Shown here piece after piece: positions 51,401 through 62,016 of a DNA stretch of 64,000 nucleotides. The stretch is taken from the NCBI GenBank assembly GCA_963784375.1, contig CAWAQY010000001.1:12486-76485 (forward strand). Reading direction: 5' to 3'. The notes below the pieces were generated by a model, which was given only the letters and a program-made list of their open reading frames with translations, ran no database searches and was not told where the DNA came from. The stretch's first letter is position 1; every line of letters begins with the position of its first letter. Made by a program: the position numbers and the translations under genes. Source of the stretch: an uncultured Chloroflexia bacterium. GTDB taxonomy: Bacteria > Chloroflexota > Dehalococcoidia > GIF9 > UBA5629.

Positions 51401-53116
51401 CTAGGTTTTAACACCTGCAACTTTATTGTCTAAATCCTTTATTCGTTGTGACATTTTTTGCAAAATGGAGAATGCGAAGGAAGGGTCCTCATGAACTCTT
51501 TTTAAGAAAATCCTTTTATCCACAGTGATTAAACGAACATCTCCCAGCGCACGTACCGTAGCCGCTCTTGTCTCTTCCTGAAAGAGTGCCATCTCTCCAA
51601 AAATATCACCTTTTAATAAAATCGCCAGGCGTATCTCCTTATTATCTCTATTCGCCTGAAATACTTCGACTTTACCCGATTGAATAACATACATGCAATT
51701 TCCCTTTTCACCCTGGCGGACAATAATCTCACCATCCTTGTAAACTTTGCCCAGCGCGGTTCTCTCCATAACTGTCTCCTGAATGTCTTTCGTTTTATGA
51801 TCTGGCTCGACGTTGCCTCTAAACCCCATTAAAGTGTTCCAGATAAAATTAGTGATAAAATAAGGATGAAGACAACGTAAAAATACGTCGCGATAGGGCG
51901 CACTACCGGTGAACATATCCCATAACACCATACTCATACGGCGCTGGTTTCCGGATTTGAGTTGTTCACTTTTCGTCATCCGCATAACACCCCTGGTGAG
52001 CCAATCGCTCTTTTTTACCAGGTCTATAAAAAAATATAAGACTTTGCCGAATTGATTATCCACACTTACGGATTTGCATTGCGGCCAAAAATGTTTTCGA
52101 AAATCAAACGCTGACACCCCGCTAAATATTGCGGTAACTGCTGCTACCTTAGCAGTCCTATACGCCGAGCCAATACCATCTTTATTCAACCTGCTCATGC
52201 CGCAATCACCGAGTAAAACCACTCTATCACCATAGGGTTGTACTGCTTGTCCCAAACTGGCCAGGGGGGAGCAGCGACACGCTGTCAGGGTATCGACATT
52301 GCCATTTGAAAGAAGCTTCCCGACTACAGGGTGCTGCTTAAAGGATTCAAAAACTGTCGTATCCATGTCATCGCCTATCAGGCACATAGTGGCATAATTC
52401 CCCTTGGGAACCAGGGCAGCAAATTGCAATTTCGGTAGATTTAACAGAAAAGCATGCATGGAAGTACCTAATTTATTGGTAACAAAATCTGACCCTAGTT
52501 CCAGCTCGCAATTATAAGTTTTTCTCGATTTTGGTTTTTGGTAGCCAAACCCAAGCTTTTCAAAAAGATCGGTGCTCGGCGAGTTGACTCCAACTGCCCC
52601 CACAACGAGATCGTAAACCTGTTGTTTTTCCGAAACATGGACCTGGAGTTTATCACCGTTCCAGGTTATATCGGTAACCTTTCCCTGAATAACATTGGCA
52701 CCATTTGCACCAGCCAGTTGAAGTAGATAGTTATCAAAACTCTTCCAGTCAACCTGACTGGCTCCTTTTGGGCCACCGCCCCGGTAGACAGTAGCAATTC
52801 TCATCTCATGGAATGGTGAGTACATAGTGACTGCTTCAGAACTGGAGTGTAATACAAATGAGTTTATACCCCTTTGAACAATATCGGAAGGTAGTTCGAT
52901 ACCCTCGATGGACAAGGCCTGGATTAGTGATTCCGATATAACGCCGGCACACATGTTGCATCCAGTCGGTCCCAATGCCGAGAAATCTCTGCGTTCATAA
53001 ATATCGACAACAATTTTTATACCTATGCGTTTTGCAAGCATCAAAGCAAAATAGCTGAAGAAAGAGCCTGCCGGACCTCCACCAATCACTCCTATCCGGG
53101 CTCCATCGTCTAACAC
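51401..53116 (-). CDS. FAD-dependent oxidoreductase (geranylgeranyl-reductase/halogenase-like fold) fused to a C-terminal cyclic-nucleotide-binding domain
   Basis: Rossmann motif 'RIGVIGGGPAGSFFS'. Also 'VVLLGDCGMSRLNKDGIGSA'. cNMP-binding domain: 'GEIIVRQGEKGNCMYVIQSGKVEVF...LLKGDIFGEMALFQEETRAATVRA'. Confidence 0.8.
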   Translation of the reverse strand: MLDDGARIGVIGGGPAGSFFSYFALMLAKRIGIKIVVDIYERRDFSALGPTGCNMCAGVISESLIQALSIEGIELPSDIVQRGINSFVLHSSSEAVTMYSPFHEMRIATVYRGGGPKGASQVDWKSFDNYLLQLAGANGANVIQGKVTDITWNGDKLQVHVSEKQQVYDLVVGAVGVNSPSTDLFEKLGFGYQKPKSRKTYNCELELGSDFVTNKLGTSMHAFLLNLPKLQFAALVPKGNYATMCLIGDDMDTTVFESFKQHPVVGKLLSNGNVDTLTACRCSPLASLGQAVQPYGDRVVLLGDCGMSRLNKDGIGSAYRTAKVAAVTAIFSGVSAFDFRKHFWPQCKSVSVDNQFGKVLYFFIDLVKKSDWLTRGVMRMTKSEQLKSGNQRRMSMVLWDMFTGSAPYRDVFLRCLHPYFITNFIWNTLMGFRGNVEPDHKTKDIQETVMERTALGKVYKDGEIIVRQGEKGNCMYVIQSGKVEVFQANRDNKEIRLAILLKGDIFGEMALFQEETRAATVRALGDVRLITVDKRIFLKRVHEDPSFAFSILQKMSQRIKDLDNKVAGVKT

Positions 53117-53660
53117 AATTGATAAGTCGTGTTTTTCCCTGAGCTTTATATTCCACTCTCTTGTCCACTGACATTTTTGAATAATATCCCTTTGCCCGCT
53201 GACTCCAGGAATCGAATTAGGATAAATGGTTTCTCAAAAATAGGGATGAACTGTTTGGCAGCATATTATCAATTTTGCTCTTTACCAATAACACAGTAAG
53301 TATAGCATTTTAGTCAACTTCCTGTTAAGTCAGCCACTACCCAGTAATCCAGTATTATTGCCGCAAAACAACTAAAGAAAACCGAAGGGTAGAAGTAGAC
53401 TTTTGCTGCCAATGCAATAAAGCTGCTGAATTTGCAAAGACAATAGATTGAATTCAATTTTGCCAATAGTATGAACAAATACAACCGCTCCTTGACAATC
53501 TCTTATCGGTATGTTAAAAAGGGCCGTTCCCCAATGCAATTTCAAATCAGTGTGGTTTATGAGATCAATTATCTTGGAGGGAAGGAAGTATGATTTGAGA
53601 ATCTATACTGAGGGTAGTGATGATAGTTTTAAGTCGTAAGAAAACTTAAAGGAGAGGAAA

Positions 53661-55247
53661 ATGCGAAAACTGTTGTTTCTTTCCATCGTTGTAATGATAA
53701 TAATTGGCTTGCTCGTTGGCTGCGCTCCGACAACAGCCCCTTCACCTAAGCCAGCTCCAACGCCTGCTCCCAGTTCTCCATCCACGGCAGGTCCCTTAAA
53801 GGGTGGAGCTTTGAAGGTAGCTTTCGTCAGGCCGCCAGTTAATTTCGGGTATCCCGCTGCAGTAACCGGACCCGATCAAAATTTTGCCAGGCTATTTTTC
53901 GAGCGTTTGATAAGACTGGACGATAAGTGTACCTATAAACCGGAACTGGCTACCAGTTGGGATGTAGCTCAGGATGGTAAATCCATCATCTTCAAACTAC
54001 GCCAGGGGGTCAAATTCCACGACGGGACTGACTTCAATGCCGATGCCGTCAAATTCAACTATGATCCTCTTCTTCCCCCTAAATCAAATACCATAGTCGG
54101 AGCCAGCTCTATCGATAAGATCGATGATTATACCATTAAATTCAATCTCCCCTCGTACAATAATCTGATAATGTATGGGTTGGCAGCCGACATGAGGCTC
54201 GGCATAGCTTCACCCACAGCCATCCAGAAGAACGGTGCAGACGGGTCACGCGTAAATCCGGTTGGTACCGGCCCCTTCAAACTAAAAGGCTTTGAACGAA
54301 ATATTTCTGTAACGGGCATGAGAAACCCGGACTATTGGGATAAGAATCTCCCCTATCTCGATGAGTTTACATTTACCACCATATCTGACCCAATGACTTC
54401 ACAGGCATCGTTTAAGTCTGGTGAGTTTAATGTCATGTTTGATGCCAGAATTCCAATTGCTGATCAATTGAAAAAAGAAGGTTATCAACTGTTTAATAGT
54501 CCGGCGACAATACAATGCTATTGTTTTGACACAGATCATCCTGATTCAGTCTTTGCCAATCAGAAGGTTCGCGAGGCCATTGAGTATGCTGTGGATAAAG
54601 AAGCCATCATGAATGGCCCAATGCTGGGTTACTATAAGTCGGCATATCAGACGGTATTGACCGATTCTCCCGGTTACAATCCTGCCTGTCCGCCGAGAAA
54701 ATATGATCCGGTTAAGGCCAAACAGCTACTTACTGAAGCAGGTTATCCCAACGGCTTCTCCTTCAAGTACTTAATCAATGAAACAGAAGCGCAGGAACCT
54801 CCAACAGCCGTGCAAAACTATCTGTCGAAAATCGGCGTCTCTATGGAAATAGTAAAATTGGCACCGGCTGCTTTTGAAACTACCGTACGCGTGGGACGCA
54901 ATTTGGAGAAAAATACCGCAGCACACATGGTTCTTGACTATAGGGCGGATAATCTATTCATGCTTAATAACTATCTCAGGTCCAACACTCAATACTATCA
55001 AAACACAATTAAACCTGCAGGATTGGACGATCTGCTCGACCAGGCAATGGCAGCCAAAGATGACCAGACTAAAAATAAGCTAATCCAGCAGATATCCAAA
55101 GCGATATACGACAATGCATCGTATATACCCATGCAGGTCCAACCAAGAATAGTAATCGTTGATAAAAAAGCCCAGGATGTTGGATTCTGCTTATGCGGCG
55201 ATTGTCAAAACGGTTATTGGGGATATGCCTCCTGGCTCAAGAAATAA
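53661..55247 (+). CDS. ABC transporter substrate-binding lipoprotein, family 5 (peptide/nickel/opine type)
   Basis: Lipobox 'GLLVGCAP'. Also 'LATSWDVAQDGKSIIFKLRQGVKFHDGTDFNADAVKFN' and 'NPDYWDKNLPYLDEFTF'. No permease or ATPase gene is adjacent. Confidence 0.85.
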   Translation: MRKLLFLSIVVMIIIGLLVGCAPTTAPSPKPAPTPAPSSPSTAGPLKGGALKVAFVRPPVNFGYPAAVTGPDQNFARLFFERLIRLDDKCTYKPELATSWDVAQDGKSIIFKLRQGVKFHDGTDFNADAVKFNYDPLLPPKSNTIVGASSIDKIDDYTIKFNLPSYNNLIMYGLAADMRLGIASPTAIQKNGADGSRVNPVGTGPFKLKGFERNISVTGMRNPDYWDKNLPYLDEFTFTTISDPMTSQASFKSGEFNVMFDARIPIADQLKKEGYQLFNSPATIQCYCFDTDHPDSVFANQKVREAIEYAVDKEAIMNGPMLGYYKSAYQTVLTDSPGYNPACPPRKYDPVKAKQLLTEAGYPNGFSFKYLINETEAQEPPTAVQNYLSKIGVSMEIVKLAPAAFETTVRVGRNLEKNTAAHMVLDYRADNLFMLNNYLRSNTQYYQNTIKPAGLDDLLDQAMAAKDDQTKNKLIQQISKAIYDNASYIPMQVQPRIVIVDKKAQDVGFCLCGDCQNGYWGYASWLKK

Positions 55248-55256
55248 GGAGATGAT

Positions 55257-57221
55257 TTGAAAGCTAATCCATACTTTCCAAAATTATTCGCATCAGGACA
55301 AATTGGGAAGGCGAAGATCAGAAACCGTACGGTAATGTTACCTACGGGCCAGCAGTTTGAAAGTGCTTCAGGCGAGATTACTGACAAAACAATAGCAAAT
55401 TTTGTAGACAGAGCAAAGGGGGGATTTGGGCTTCTGGTAGTCGCATGCCATGAGATTGGGGGGACGCCGGAGCGTCCATTCTTCCCACATCTGTCTCTGG
55501 CCCATGATAAATACATTAACAAGTTATGTGATCTGACAGAGGCTGTTCATGCCCATGGGGCCAAAATGGCAATAGAATTAAATGCCACCGGGCGAGTGAT
55601 TATAAAAGGGCCTCAACCTGTATCATCATCAGCTATCCCGGCTGTCCTGTTTGGTGAACATATCTATCCAACTCCACGACCGCTGGAAAAAGGCGAGATT
55701 TACCAATTAATGGATAGTTACGCCGCTGCCGCCAGGAGAGGCTGGATGGCTGGTTTCGATATTATACACGTCACGGTGGGAAGCGGTTTCCTTTTAAACT
55801 CTTTTATCTCTCCATATCTTAATAAAAGGACTGATGAATTTGGAGGTAGTTTAGAAAACAGGATGCGCCTGCCTCTGGGTATAATCAAGAGAATCCAGGA
55901 GGAAATTGGCCACGATTTTCCTATTATTATCCGGATGAGCGCGGACGAGTTTATTGATGGAGGAATAACAACAAAAGAGTCACCGATCATTGCCAGGATG
56001 TTTGAGAAGGCAGGAGTTGCTGCAATCGATGTTTGCGCCGGCATCCAGGAAACCTGGTTTAAACACAATGACATCATGCGCCTTCCCGAAGGATGGAAAT
56101 CTTACATATGGGAAGCAATTAAAAAGGCGGTCTCAATACCTGTTATTGCTAATGGCAACCTCAGAAACCCTGAATTCTGCGAGAAACTCTTATCTGAAGG
56201 AAAAGCTGATTTCGCTGGTCTTTGCCGCTCGGCCTTTGCAGATCCCGAGTGGCCTCACAAAGCATCTCAGGGACTTGTGGAAGATATCTGCCCCTGTATC
56301 TCCTGTCTGGAATGTCACCATGGTGCCGGCGGACGAGTCAGGTATGGTCATTCAGCTGCCCGCTGTGCGGTGAACGCAAATTGGGGAAGGGACAGGGATT
56401 TCGTCGAGTTGAAGCCAGCGTCTTTGCAGAAACGAGTCATAATCATTGGCGGTGGACCGGCAGGTATGGAAGCAGCTCGAGTAGCAGCATTGCGAGGACA
56501 TAAGGTAACTCTATATGAAAAACAATCTGAACTGGGCGGCCAGTTACTGGTTGCTTCGAAGCCACCTGGTAAAGATAAGTTGCTCTGGTTCCGGGATTAT
56601 CTTGTAACTCAGCTGAAAAAGCTGAAAGTAAAAGTAGAGTTGGGCATGGAGGTTACCCCGGCCCTGGTACAAAGTCTTAAGCCAGACGCTGTGGTCATTG
56701 CCACTGGTTCTGAGCCAAATATGCCCAAAATACCCGGTATAAATAGCAGGAAAGTGGTTACCTACAGGGACATCCTCACAGGCAAAGTTGAGCCTGAGGC
56801 TAATAAGATCATCATTGTTGGTGGAGGTATTGTGGGATGTGAGACAGCCGATTTTCTGGCGGAGCGTAAAAACAAAGTAACGATTGTGGATATTTTGCCT
56901 GTAATGGCACCGGATATGGAGCCAACGAATCGTAAAGGGCTTATGGATGCTCTTCAGAAGAATAATGTCGACATGTTAACGGAACGCAGGTTGATCGAGA
57001 TAAACGATGGCGGCGTATCCATCATTGACGATAAAACTGGCAACAGACAACAAATTAGTAGTGACTGGGTAATTATGGCCACCGGCGCAAAACCTCTTCA
57101 AGCTTTAAAGGATGCTCTGGAGGATACAATAACCGAACTCTACGTCATTGGAGATTCCGAGGAACCGCAAAATATCAGGAAAGCAGTATACGAGGGTTCT
57201 TTGATCGCTCGAAAATTATGA
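55257..57221 (+). CDS. Old-Yellow-Enzyme / 2,4-dienoyl-CoA (enoate) reductase-family flavoprotein (FMN TIM barrel, 4Fe-4S, FAD/NAD(P) domain)
   Basis: 'IRNRTVMLP', 'FDIIHVTVGSGFLLNSFISPYLNKRTDEFGGSLENR'. Cys cluster 'CPCISCLECHHG...ARCAVN'. 'VIIIGGGPAGMEAA'. TTG start with RBS AAGGAG. Confidence 0.85.
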   Translation: MKANPYFPKLFASGQIGKAKIRNRTVMLPTGQQFESASGEITDKTIANFVDRAKGGFGLLVVACHEIGGTPERPFFPHLSLAHDKYINKLCDLTEAVHAHGAKMAIELNATGRVIIKGPQPVSSSAIPAVLFGEHIYPTPRPLEKGEIYQLMDSYAAAARRGWMAGFDIIHVTVGSGFLLNSFISPYLNKRTDEFGGSLENRMRLPLGIIKRIQEEIGHDFPIIIRMSADEFIDGGITTKESPIIARMFEKAGVAAIDVCAGIQETWFKHNDIMRLPEGWKSYIWEAIKKAVSIPVIANGNLRNPEFCEKLLSEGKADFAGLCRSAFADPEWPHKASQGLVEDICPCISCLECHHGAGGRVRYGHSAARCAVNANWGRDRDFVELKPASLQKRVIIIGGGPAGMEAARVAALRGHKVTLYEKQSELGGQLLVASKPPGKDKLLWFRDYLVTQLKKLKVKVELGMEVTPALVQSLKPDAVVIATGSEPNMPKIPGINSRKVVTYRDILTGKVEPEANKIIIVGGGIVGCETADFLAERKNKVTIVDILPVMAPDMEPTNRKGLMDALQKNNVDMLTERRLIEINDGGVSIIDDKTGNRQQISSDWVIMATGAKPLQALKDALEDTITELYVIGDSEEPQNIRKAVYEGSLIARKL

Positions 57222-57297
57222 TTGTATATAGTCGTTTTAAAGGTAAGTACTAACTGGTTTATCATAAAACTTCAGTAATCAAAACAAGGAGGAATTT

Positions 57298-58987
57298 ATG
57301 ACCGTTAGCAATAAATTTCCCAAACCACCACTGCCACCGGGGATCGTATTTGAAGAAAACGTCTACATCGTTATGAGAGATGGCGTTAAGCTTGCCGCCG
57401 ATATCTACCGTCCAGAAAAAGAGGGACGGTATCCGGCTCTCGTGGCAACCGCAGCTTATTTAAAAGGTGCACAGGCCTGGGGACCTGAATTGAGCAGATC
57501 GATAGAAGCCGGCCAGACCCTTTTCTTTGTGCCCAAGGGATATGTCCACATTATTTACACAGCCAGAGGAAGCGGTTTATCCCAGGGACAATATAACTGG
57601 TACGATGAGACAGAACAAAAAGATGGCGCCGAAGTAATCGAATGGGCGGCAAAGCAACCCTGGTGCACGGGTAATGTCGGCATGGTGGGAGATTCTTATT
57701 TTGCCAGAATCCAACCGCTAATTGCGGCACAGCAGCCTCCTCACCTTAAGTGCATAGCTCCCTTCAATGGAGGTATGGATGATTACCGTTCACGTATCGA
57801 TGGAGGAGTTATCAGGCTTGGCTGGCTAAGCAACTGGGCAGCAGATACTATCTCACAATGCATGTGGCCCGGACCGGTGGAAGGTAGGCTACCACCGACC
57901 AATTTGATTGCTCAGGTATGTGAAAACCTGGACGATGGACCCTGGTACTGGGAAAGGAGCGGTTATAAAAAGGCGGATAAGATAAAAGTACCCGTCTTAA
58001 GTATCGCAATTGCGGAAAGTCCTCTTCATTCCGCTTCACAACTATCCGGGTTTGACACTATTAAATCGCCGAAAAAACTTGTCATCCTTGCCTTTTTCCA
58101 ATATGAACGTAATCCAACTGCGCAGCCGTCCCATAAACGAATATATGTTAAGGTGGTATGACCACTGGCTTAAGGGTATCGATACGGGAATTATGAATGA
58201 GCCAATGGTTGCCATCTGTGATACGGCCACCGGCGAATGGCGTTATGAAAACGAATATCCCGTAAACAGAACGAAGTGGACAAAGTTCTTCCTCAGGTCG
58301 AATTCCGCTAGCCCGGCAACTAAACCACCATATGGGTTGCTAAGCCAGGAACCACCCAAGAAAGAAGAACCTGATAGTTGGATGACCCCTGAATGTATGA
58401 GTCTACTCGCAGGTAATAAACCAGTGGCAGCTTTTGTCAGTCAGGCGCTGGAGCAGGACACCCGTGTATGGGGTCCGATTAGCCTCACCTTATATGGTTC
58501 GTCAACCACCATAGACACTATCTGGTTTGCAAAGATAGGTGATGTCGCACCAGACGGCAAAGTCTCTGTGTCTCCTAGCTTAGGCGTACTAAGGGCTTCA
58601 TACCGTGAAATAGATAAATCGAAATCAAAACCTGGGTTACCCTTCCACCCCTTCCAAAACCGGGTTAACCCGGAGCCGAACAAAATATATGAATATCAGA
58701 TTGCAATATGCCCGATATTCCGTACTTTCAAGAAAGGCCACAAAATATGGCTTCAAATTGCCAGTGACGACCCTCAATATATGGGAGAACATTTTACAGT
58801 TTATAATGCCTACGAAATGCTTCCGGTCCCGGCAAAAAACACTGTATACCATGATGCCGAACATCCGTCACATCTGCTCTTGCCTATTGTTCCCGATGCT
58901 CCTGAAATGAAACCAGTGGCACCACCGCTCTCACAGGTTAAATGGCCAATGGGTGATACGCGTATGAACTTCCCTTACGACGGGTAA
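57298..58987 (+). CDS. CocE/NonD-family (S15 X-Pro dipeptidyl-peptidase-like) hydrolase; one frameshift at ~58,010-58,160
   Basis: 'VYIVMRDGVKLAADIYRP...YPALV', nucleophile elbow 'GMVGDSYFA'. The C-terminal beta-sandwich is in ORF 58010..58987: 'RWYDHWLKGIDTGIM...'. Confidence 0.8.
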
Positions 58988-59018
58988 AATCGGATTGGTC
59001 ACAATGTAAATTGGCTAA

Positions 59019-59909
59019 TTGTTATGGAAGGAGATGACTTTGGAAAACACTCGTTGGGATTATTCACCGATTATTGCAAGGAAACCTTTTAAGCTGCCGA
59101 ATAAAGCCCGAGTAGCGGTCTGGATAGTGCTTAATGTTGAGTATTTTGACATTGGACTACCTGTCCCAGGCGGGCGGACACAAACTCCGCCCGACATGAT
59201 GGCGTATTCAGCCAGGGACTACGGCAATAGGATAGGTATCTGGCGGATAATGGAACTGCTTGACAAATACAAAGTTAAAGCTACAATGTCCATAAATTCG
59301 GAAATCTGTACCCATTATCCGATTATCGTTGAAGAAGCGAAAAAACGGGGTTGGGAGTTTATGGCCCATAGTGATACAAACTCCCGATTTCTGGGCAGCC
59401 TCAAGGAGGAGCAGCAGCGAGAGATTATTCGCTCCAGCATCGCAATAGTTGAAAAATCCTCCGGTCAAAAACCCAAGGGCTGGCGCAGTTCGGGTATGAA
59501 TACCAGTTTTGGAACTCCTGATATTCTTTCTGAAGAGGGTATCAGGTATATTTCTGATTGGGGTAACGATGATCAGCCATATGCGGTCAATGTGAAAACC
59601 GGAAGACTCATTTCCCTGCCTTCGGACAACGTACCTGACCTGCGCTTTCGCGAGAACACGCCTTCGCAATACTATGAAACGGCCAAAGAACACTTTGACA
59701 CACTATATCGCGAAGGTGCCCAACAAGCGCGTACCTTTGCTTTTTGTCTGCATACCTTTGAGATTGGTCAACCATCTAAAATAGTTGTTCTGGATAAGTT
59801 ATTACAGTATATGAAAAAACACAAAGAAGTATGGTTCACCACCGGATGGGAATTAGCTACCTGGTATTATGAGAACTATCTGGGTGTTGAAAAAGCACAA
59901 ATTGGTTGA
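59019..59909 (+). CDS. polysaccharide-deacetylase-family protein (PuuE/allantoinase-like); start uncertain
   Basis: 'ARVAVWIVLNVEYFD', 'DYGNRIGIWRIMELLDKY', 'EFMAHSDTNS'. Confidence 0.7.
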   Translation: MLWKEMTLENTRWDYSPIIARKPFKLPNKARVAVWIVLNVEYFDIGLPVPGGRTQTPPDMMAYSARDYGNRIGIWRIMELLDKYKVKATMSINSEICTHYPIIVEEAKKRGWEFMAHSDTNSRFLGSLKEEQQREIIRSSIAIVEKSSGQKPKGWRSSGMNTSFGTPDILSEEGIRYISDWGNDDQPYAVNVKTGRLISLPSDNVPDLRFRENTPSQYYETAKEHFDTLYREGAQQARTFAFCLHTFEIGQPSKIVVLDKLLQYMKKHKEVWFTTGWELATWYYENYLGVEKAQIG

Positions 59910-60183
59910 TATCAGTTCGTAATTATTTCGACACAAAAGTATCCTTATGAGTTTAAGTCCTCAGATGGCGATCGATTTTTCTCTATCCTTCCATTATTCG
60001 CAATGTCACTTCATTAGAACTAGAAGTGGCGAAAAAGTCACATTAAAAAACCCAATCCACTATCGGCTGAAATAATTGGCACTTGCAATAAATGTGCCGA
60101 TGGTCCGCTTTATTAAGTGAATAATCCCAAGTTTGCTGGTATTTCATGGGTTATTTACAATAGTCTTATTGGAGATCAAGCAA

Positions 60184-61110
60184 TTGAGTAAACCGTTATT
60201 ATCAGCTATTGTTGTGATTCCCGATACTTATGAAACAGTGCGTTCTACAATGAAATATTTACAGGCGCAGACTGCCGCGGGTCAAATTGAAGTTGTAATC
60301 GTGGCACCTTCTCTTCAGCAAATTAAATTGGATGAATCCGATCTGAAATGTTTTCAAAATTGGCAGGTCGTTGAAGTGGGAGCAGTCACTTCCATTGGCA
60401 CTGCATCCCTTGCAGGTATACGGCATGCGAATGCATCGATAGTAGCACTTACAGAGGACCATTCATTTCCCGATGTCCACTGGGCCCAGACCTTTATTGC
60501 CGGACACCAGAAACCATGGGCAGCCATCGGTCCCAGCATGCGCAACGGTAATCCGGATAATTGGCTCAGCTGGGCCGATTTTTACATGGCTTATGGCCAA
60601 TGGGCCCATCCCATTCAATCCGGAGCTGTTCGCCACTTGCCAGGACATAACAGTAGCTACAAACGAGATGTTTTATTGAAGTTCGGAAACAAGCTGGAAT
60701 ACCTGATGCAGGCTGAGAGTATTCTGCACCGCCATTTGAAAGCGGAGCGCCTTAAATTGTTGCTTGAAGCAGGTACTTGTACCTCGCATCTTAACTTCAC
60801 CACGTGGTCGCAGTGGCTGCCAGTCCAGTATTATTCCGGACGCGTCTTCGCTGCAACTTGGTCGAAAACATGGTCGTTACCTCGTCGTTTGGTTTATACT
60901 GCCGGTTCACCATTAATACCATGGATTCGTCTATGGCGCATAATGAGAGATATTCTTCGAAGGCAATCTGCCGCCTTCGCTCTTCGCTTGTTACCGATAC
61001 TTATTGCAGGTCTAATATTTAACGGGTTTGGCCAAATGGCAGGTTATGCGACCGGAGTTAACGACGCCATTGAGAAGATCACAAAATATGAATTTCACCG
61101 TACTAAATAA
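60184..61110 (+). CDS. glycosyltransferase family 2-like protein (ORF extends to 60133; TTG at 60184 has a GGAGA RBS)
   Basis: 'LSAIVVIPDTYETVRSTMKYLQAQT...VVIVAPS' and 'IVALTEDHSF', followed by a hydrophobic C-terminus. Confidence 0.5.
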   Translation: MSKPLLSAIVVIPDTYETVRSTMKYLQAQTAAGQIEVVIVAPSLQQIKLDESDLKCFQNWQVVEVGAVTSIGTASLAGIRHANASIVALTEDHSFPDVHWAQTFIAGHQKPWAAIGPSMRNGNPDNWLSWADFYMAYGQWAHPIQSGAVRHLPGHNSSYKRDVLLKFGNKLEYLMQAESILHRHLKAERLKLLLEAGTCTSHLNFTTWSQWLPVQYYSGRVFAATWSKTWSLPRRLVYTAGSPLIPWIRLWRIMRDILRRQSAAFALRLLPILIAGLIFNGFGQMAGYATGVNDAIEKITKYEFHRTK

Positions 61111-61352
61111 GTCATAGTAAATGGGAAACCAAAATGGATACCGAAGTGTCCAGTAATCTCCACGCCAATTAAAGGGAAATATCGGAAGAAATAAAAATTA
61201 ATTTTCAAGGAGTGTAAACCACCCCGAATCATTCCCTGTACGGAGATTGTATTATTTGCTCGCGCTGTTTAAGATATGTAAGAATGGATTGAGTTAGCTA
61301 TTAAGGGCTCCTAACCTGGATAGATATACTTATTTATACTGAAGGGAGAAGC

Positions 61353-62012
61353 ATGGAACAAGGGGCGCCAAAACACCAAACTACAACTGATTCAAAGGTC
61401 CAGAGTGTGGGGAAAGGAGAATTATCCCTACCCGAGAGGGGTTGCCTTTATTGAATGCGACGAGATGAAATGCATCGGCTGCGGCATCTGTCAGATGGCC
61501 TGCTCGATGCACCATTTCGGTGTGATTAATAAGGACCTCGCCAGAATAAAAGTGAGCAAGCACCTGCTGCCAATATCTAAGGGCATCCAGGTAGTTTGCA
61601 GCCAGTGCCAGAAAGAGGAAAGGGAATGTGAGAAGGCCTGCCCTGTAGACCCACCAGCGGTCTATTATGACGGTAATTTGCTTCATATGAGACTTGACCA
61701 GGAAAGATGTTTGGGTGACCGCTGCTTATTATGCCGCGAGGCATGTTCTGCGAAAGCGATAAGGAATCACCCGACAGCTTTCGCCAAAGCCTTTTCTCTG
61801 CGATCTCTGCGATAAAGATAATAGTGGTGAGCGGGAACCGCAGTGCGTCAACGTATGCCCTACTGGGGCACTCTATTTCAAAGATCTCGAAGCCACGGGC
61901 ATTGTATCCGATAAGAGACTTGATGCGTAAGAGTGCCGACGAGAAAGCTGAGCTTATTGCCAGGAGGCTATTTCCTCTATCCAAAGACAGCATGTGGCAG
62001 CCGAAGGAGTAG
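61353..62012 (+). CDS. 4Fe-4S dicluster ferredoxin-domain protein (AOR partner), frameshifted; start at 61353 or 61405
   Basis: 'CIGCGICQMACS', 'CSQCQKEERECEKACP', 'CLLCREACS', and in another frame 'CDLCDKDNSGEREPQCVNVCPTGA'. Confidence 0.7.
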
Positions 62013-62016
62013 CAGT

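Noticed and set aside
47421-53116. Calling the cyclase-like gene a Pycsar (or CBASS-like) antiphage defence system.
   Set aside because: Pycsar operons pair the cyclase directly with a cNMP-binding TM/TIR effector. Here the adjacent genes are an MBL hydrolase and a coiled-coil protein. The only cNMP-binding domain is on an FAD oxidoreductase three genes away. It is kept as a signalling hypothesis only.
7500-58200. Programmed ribosomal frameshifting as an explanation for the split genes.
   Set aside because: The breaks occur in about 25 unrelated genes with no shared slippery heptamer or downstream structure. Their density scales with GC content. Essential genes such as rpoD and trxA are affected.
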